28,483 bases of DNA, from positions 1 through 28,483 of the forward strand of contig JAGWZR010000002.1 in the NCBI GenBank assembly GCA_018968795.1. Reading direction: 5' to 3'. Both the position numbers and the translations under genes were made by a program. The notes beneath the pieces were generated by a model. It had not been told where the DNA came from. It ran no database searches and saw nothing but the letters and a program-made list of their open reading frames with translations. Below are positions 24,992-28,483 of this stretch, piece by piece (within the stretch, counting starts at the first letter, position 1; every line of letters begins with the position of its first letter). Source of the stretch: Planctomycetota bacterium (GTDB taxonomy: Bacteria > Planctomycetota > Brocadiia > Brocadiales > Brocadiaceae).

Positions 24992-25052
24992 CCCTTTGCC
25001 TTGATATTTTATTTTTGCATTTTTAAAATTCCAAAATTTCTAAGCAACTCCT

Positions 25053-26399
25053 ATGGCAAAACCAAAATTGTTACTTGTAGATGACGATAAAAATGCGCTT
25101 GATGGATTGGTAAAGATATTGGCACATGATGGATATCATGTATCAGGCGTCTTGTCTGGTTACGAGGCATTAAATCTCCTCTCCAAGAAAAATTTTGATA
25201 TCATCATAACGGATATGAAACTACCGGGGATGGGGGGCTTATCTCTCATCCATGAAATACGGAAGAAGGAAGAATCTGTGGCAATCGTGGTTATTACTGC
25301 GTACAGTTCTGTAAAGACGGCTGTAGAGGCTATAAAATGCGGGGCTGATGATTACTTGACCAAACCGATAAATGTAGAGGAATTAAAATTAGTATTAGAA
25401 AAGTTATGGGAAAGACAGCAGTTGATTGCTCAAAACCTGATATTAAAGGAGAGGCTGAGGGATAAGTATAAATCCTCTGAACTCGTTGGAAGTACTCCAC
25501 AGATGCAACAGATATTTCATATGATTGCGGATGTTGCTCCCAGCACCGCTTCTATTCTGATTTTAGGTGAGACGGGGACCGGAAAAGAACTCGTGGCTAA
25601 TGCTATTCATTGTCAAAGCGACAGGGCATCTATGCCTTTTGTTGCCCTCCATTGTGCTGCCTTGTCAGAAGGGGTATTGGAAAGTGAGCTTTTTGGCCAT
25701 GAAAAGGGAGCCTTTACGGGCGCCATTCAGTCTAGAAAAGGTCGATTTGAGGTAGCGGATGGAGGCACACTTTTCCTAGATGAAGTAGGCGAGATGAGCT
25801 TAAAAGTGCAGGTCAAACTGCTTCGCGTCCTGGAGAAAGGCAAGTTTGAGCGTGTCGGTGGCGAAAAAACCATAAAGGTCGATGTGCGATTAATTGCAGC
25901 GACTAACCGAGACCTTGAACGAGAAGTTTCTGAGGGAAGATTTCGGGAAGATTTGTTTTATCGGTTAAATGTTATTACTATCCATTTGCCGCCATTGAGT
26001 GAAAGGAGAGAGGATATTCCGCTCCTTTCCAGTTTTTTCGTAATTAAATATACAAAAAAGTATAAAAAGGAAATAAAAGGTTTTACTCCTGAGGCAATGG
26101 AGGTATTGTGCGCTTATCACTGGCCGGGGAATGTGAGAGAACTGGAAAATATCGTCGAACGAGCGATTGTGCTCTGTAAAAAAAATATGATATCAGTAGA
26201 CCACCTGCCAAGAAACATTGTTCCTGAGAAGGACGATATATCAATAATCAAAATCCCTTTAGGCACTTTACTAAGAGATGCCGAAAAGGAAATCATCCAG
26301 AAAACACTTCAGATAACCCATGGAAACAAAAAAGAGGCTGCCAAAATACTGGGCATATCAAATAGAAAAATTGAATACAAAGTAAAAGAGTGGCGTTAA
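25053..26399 (+). CDS. Sigma54-dependent response regulator (NtrC/AtoC-type enhancer-binding protein)
   Basis: REC domain (DDD pocket, phospho-acceptor in [12 protein letters not shown] Lys). AAA+ domain with Walker [24 protein letters not shown] (GAFTGA sigma54-contact loop) and Walker [10 protein letters not shown]-terminal Fis-type HTH ([21 protein letters not shown]). Confidence 0.95.
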   Translation: MAKPKLLLVDDDKNALDGLVKILAHDGYHVSGVLSGYEALNLLSKKNFDIIITDMKLPGMGGLSLIHEIRKKEESVAIVVITAYSSVKTAVEAIKCGADDYLTKPINVEELKLVLEKLWERQQLIAQNLILKERLRDKYKSSELVGSTPQMQQIFHMIADVAPSTASILILGETGTGKELVANAIHCQSDRASMPFVALHCAALSEGVLESELFGHEKGAFTGAIQSRKGRFEVADGGTLFLDEVGEMSLKVQVKLLRVLEKGKFERVGGEKTIKVDVRLIAATNRDLEREVSEGRFREDLFYRLNVITIHLPPLSERREDIPLLSSFFVIKYTKKYKKEIKGFTPEAMEVLCAYHWPGNVRELENIVERAIVLCKKNMISVDHLPRNIVPEKDDISIIKIPLGTLLRDAEKEIIQKTLQITHGNKKEAAKILGISNRKIEYKVKEWR

Positions 26400-26645
26400 A
26401 AGCGAAAATTTTTCACACCTTTTTATCCAACGCGCCTCAATTCCCGCAAATTTTTCGCTCATAAAATTTTTTTGCACACCTTCCATTTTTCATATCACAG
26501 ATACTTTAAGAATCAATTTCCCCTTAAGATGTTAGAAGATTGACACATACACGAACCCTGCCAATTATTACATGCCTATTGGTATGAGAGTTGTTTTATT
26601 TCAATACAGTGAGTTTCGGTAATTATTGATCAGCTTTACTTGCCT

Positions 26646-26660
26646 TGGTTGAATAGTTGC
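26646..26660 (+). promoter_or_regulatory. Candidate sigma54 (-24/-12) promoter
   Basis: TGGttgaatagTTGC has GG and GC at the canonical spacing (TGG-N8-TTGC). It ends 37 nt upstream of the ATG at 26698, in the gap directly downstream of the sigma54 activator gene. The CAC of TGGCAC is not conserved. Confidence 0.4.
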
Positions 26661-26697
26661 CAAATTTCTAAATTTTATTCATAAAATAACTTCTCTT

Positions 26698-27057
26698 ATG
26701 GCAAAGCCAAGTTTGTTAGTGGTAGACGATGACAAAAATGCGCTTGATGGATTGGTAAGGATTTTACAGTGTGATGGATATTCCGTTTCTGGTGTCTTAT
26801 CAGGTTATGGTGCATTGAAACTATTATCCAACAACAAATTTGATGTCATTATAACGGATATGAATATGCCGGGGATGGATGGACTAACCCTCATTCAGGA
26901 AGTAAGAAAAAGGAAAGAGCCAGTAGCAATCGTGATTGTTACTGCCAATAATTTTGTTAAAGCATCCGTCGATGCGGTAAAAAACGTAGCATACGATTAT
27001 TATTTGACAAAGCCTGTAAATGTAGCGGAGTTAAGGACAGTATTAGAGAAGTTATAG
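26698..27057 (+). CDS. Stand-alone receiver (REC) domain protein, a truncated paralog of the upstream activator
   Basis: The 119-aa ORF is about two-thirds identical by eye to residues 1-118 of the 25053-26399 product. It keeps DDD, ITDMNMPG and TKP. It ends at a TAG that replaces the Trp codon of the full-length copy. Confidence 0.75.
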   Translation: MAKPSLLVVDDDKNALDGLVRILQCDGYSVSGVLSGYGALKLLSNNKFDVIITDMNMPGMDGLTLIQEVRKRKEPVAIVIVTANNFVKASVDAVKNVAYDYYLTKPVNVAELRTVLEKL

Positions 27058-27163
27058 GAAAGACAGTAGTTGAAGACTCAAAACCAGTTATTGTCGAATT
27101 CTTGAGAGAGAAGTGTCTGATAGCAGATGTGCTTTGTCGGTTATATATCATCGAAAAGTGTTA
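27058..27163 (+). pseudogene. Decayed remnant of the linker and start of the AAA+ domain of the duplicated activator
   Basis: Still aligns to 25410-25565 of the intact gene. It carries a second TAG (cag->tag), a 1-nt deletion, a deletion of about 51 nt, and a recognisable MIADV->LIADV at 27117-31. Similarity is lost just before the expected Walker A. Confidence 0.7.
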
Positions 27164-27214
27164 GTAATTGTGCGTTTTCTTATTTAACGTAATTTTTATA
27201 GAAAGGGAGAAGTG

Positions 27215-28483
27215 ATGAATGTGTCAAAGTTAATGGGATGGGCGACTGCGGTACTGCTTACGGGTATTACAACATATACTGCTGTACCGAATGTTCTTGG
27301 TGAAGAAGCGAAACAAACAGCGGCTTGGAATCTTAGTCAGGAAGATCAGGATTTAATCAATGTAACGAATGGTGATATCATGGGAGAACGCTGCAAGGAT
27401 GGCGCTTGGGAATTTCACCTTTACACGACGGATGGGTATCAGGAGATGGCCAATGGTGAATTGGTGTACGTCTTTGGATATACCCATGCCAAGGGTAGTT
27501 TTAAGAATGTGGGAGAAGTGACTACAAAAGAACAGGTGGAACAATTACTAGAACCTGTTAGAGTGCCCAGCGATCCAATTCACCTTTTCGTTGGCGAGAA
27601 GGCGCGGATCACATTACATAACACGGGTATGCATTGTACAAACGCAAACTCAGGACTTAATCACGTGGCACATACGATTCATTTCCATGGGCTGGATTTA
27701 ACTCCTGCAATTGATGGAGTACCTTCTCTGCCGGTGGATCCCGTGCTAGAGCATAAATCGTTTACGTATGAACTTACTCCCCAGTATGAAGGTTCTTTTA
27801 TGGGGCATTGCCATGTGGACAGTTTCAACCATATTCTAGCTGGCATGTATTTCCCTATAATTATTCATCAAGATAGGACAAAAACGGCCTATGGGTACAA
27901 GTATGATCGGGATTATACGCTGTTTTTCAGTGAATTATCTTCCACGGCAAATGAACAGTTGCAGGAGTCAGGCGTTGTTCATGGATTACAGGACTGGAAG
28001 GCCGATTATTTTTTGATTAACGGTAGGACGTTTACCGATAATCTTTACCATCCTCGTTCTGTGATAAACGATCCGCGCTCGAGAATCGTTGCATATGAGG
28101 ACGAAACAGTTCTGCTTCGTTTTATGGCGATTGGCGCTGATCATGTTTTTGCGATCCACCCTCACGGATACCATATGGAGGTGGTTGCGCTGGACGGAAG
28201 GAAATTAAAAAGTAGTTATGAGAAGGACACGCTTTGCATTGCGAGCGGCGAAAGGATTGATGTATTAGTAAAGATTCCTCACTTTGCCAGTCAGAGGAAA
28301 TGTCTATCCTGCAATTTAGGCGCAGGTATAACGATCATGCATGATCACAATCTGCGTGGGATGGTATCAACAGGTAAATATCCTTTGGGCGCTTTGACGA
28401 TTTTTGATGTGAAAAGCAGAGAAAAGGTAGCACAGCCAGAAGTCCCTGTAAAAGGCAAGCCGTACAATCCATTAGAACATTAA
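27215..28483 (+). CDS. Secreted two-domain multicopper oxidase (type-1 Cu site in the N-terminal domain)
   Basis: N-terminal signal-peptide-like segment. Four HxH pairs (HFH 157-159, HCH 199-201, HPH 316-318, HDH 377-379) plus H154/C200/H207/M212, numbered from the GTG 27212 track ORF. ATG 27215 is preferred (5 nt after GGGAG). The stop TAA is the last 3 nt of the window. Confidence 0.85.
   Translation: MNVSKLMGWATAVLLTGITTYTAVPNVLGEEAKQTAAWNLSQEDQDLINVTNGDIMGERCKDGAWEFHLYTTDGYQEMANGELVYVFGYTHAKGSFKNVGEVTTKEQVEQLLEPVRVPSDPIHLFVGEKARITLHNTGMHCTNANSGLNHVAHTIHFHGLDLTPAIDGVPSLPVDPVLEHKSFTYELTPQYEGSFMGHCHVDSFNHILAGMYFPIIIHQDRTKTAYGYKYDRDYTLFFSELSSTANEQLQESGVVHGLQDWKADYFLINGRTFTDNLYHPRSVINDPRSRIVAYEDETVLLRFMAIGADHVFAIHPHGYHMEVVALDGRKLKSSYEKDTLCIASGERIDVLVKIPHFASQRKCLSCNLGAGITIMHDHNLRGMVSTGKYPLGALTIFDVKSREKVAQPEVPVKGKPYNPLEH

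Noticed and set aside
24996-25052. Sigma54 promoter upstream of the full-length activator, homologous to the 26646 site
   Set aside because: The corresponding stretch reads ccTTGAtatttta...TTTGCA. The -24 GG is missing and the spacing to TTGC is wrong.
26401-26459. Hairpin AGCGAAAA...TTTTCGCT right after the activator stop as an intrinsic terminator
   Set aside because: It has only an 8-bp AT-rich stem with a loop of about 40 nt and no clean U-tract. It is not convincing as a terminator, and the same bases are better described as part of the direct CACACC-containing repeats.
28237-28248. Exact 12-nt match to the repeat core (cattgcgagcgg) inside the multicopper oxidase gene
   Set aside because: In frame it encodes C-I-A-S-G-E-R, and the G-E-R-x-D-V segment is a conserved cupredoxin-domain motif of MCOs. 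There is no complementary stem or CT tail. I treat it as coincidence.

Overview
AT-rich window (roughly 40% GC by eye, not computed) from a diderm bacterium (lpxD is present). The lineage cannot be assigned without a database search. About 80% is a dense, mostly minus-strand run of intact core genes: htpG (+), tRNA-Lys(UUU) and tRNA-Glu(UUC), rpsB-tsf-pyrH-frr, a conserved unknown (possibly DUF4438-like), glmS, lpxD (+), rpmF-plsX-fabH-fabD-acpP-fabF (no fabG), thpR-recA-alaS (no recX) and gltX. Several operons are preceded by near-consensus sigma70-type promoters that share a (C)TTGACA -35 element. The only accessory-looking part is the right-hand 5.5 kb (22954-28483, all on the + strand). 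It holds a sensor-less class III nucleotidyl cyclase, a soluble PAS histidine kinase with a four-Cys insert, a sigma54-dependent (NtrC-type) response regulator, and a decayed partial duplicate of that regulator. In the duplicate only the receiver domain survives as an ORF. A secreted two-domain multicopper oxidase follows, whose copper-ligand pattern places the type-1 site in the N-terminal domain. A candidate -24/-12 promoter lies in front of the receiver-only gene. Three intergenic regions (about 196-470, 1511-1646, 20735-21275) carry the same families of short hairpin repeats. One is a GTCAT-stem-GAG..CGA-stem-CT element that occurs in inverted pairs and shows compensatory stem changes between copies. 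One copy supplies the last codons and the stop of gltX. I saw no CRISPR array, transposase, integrase, prophage or recognisable defence genes. All homology calls rest on motif recognition by eye.
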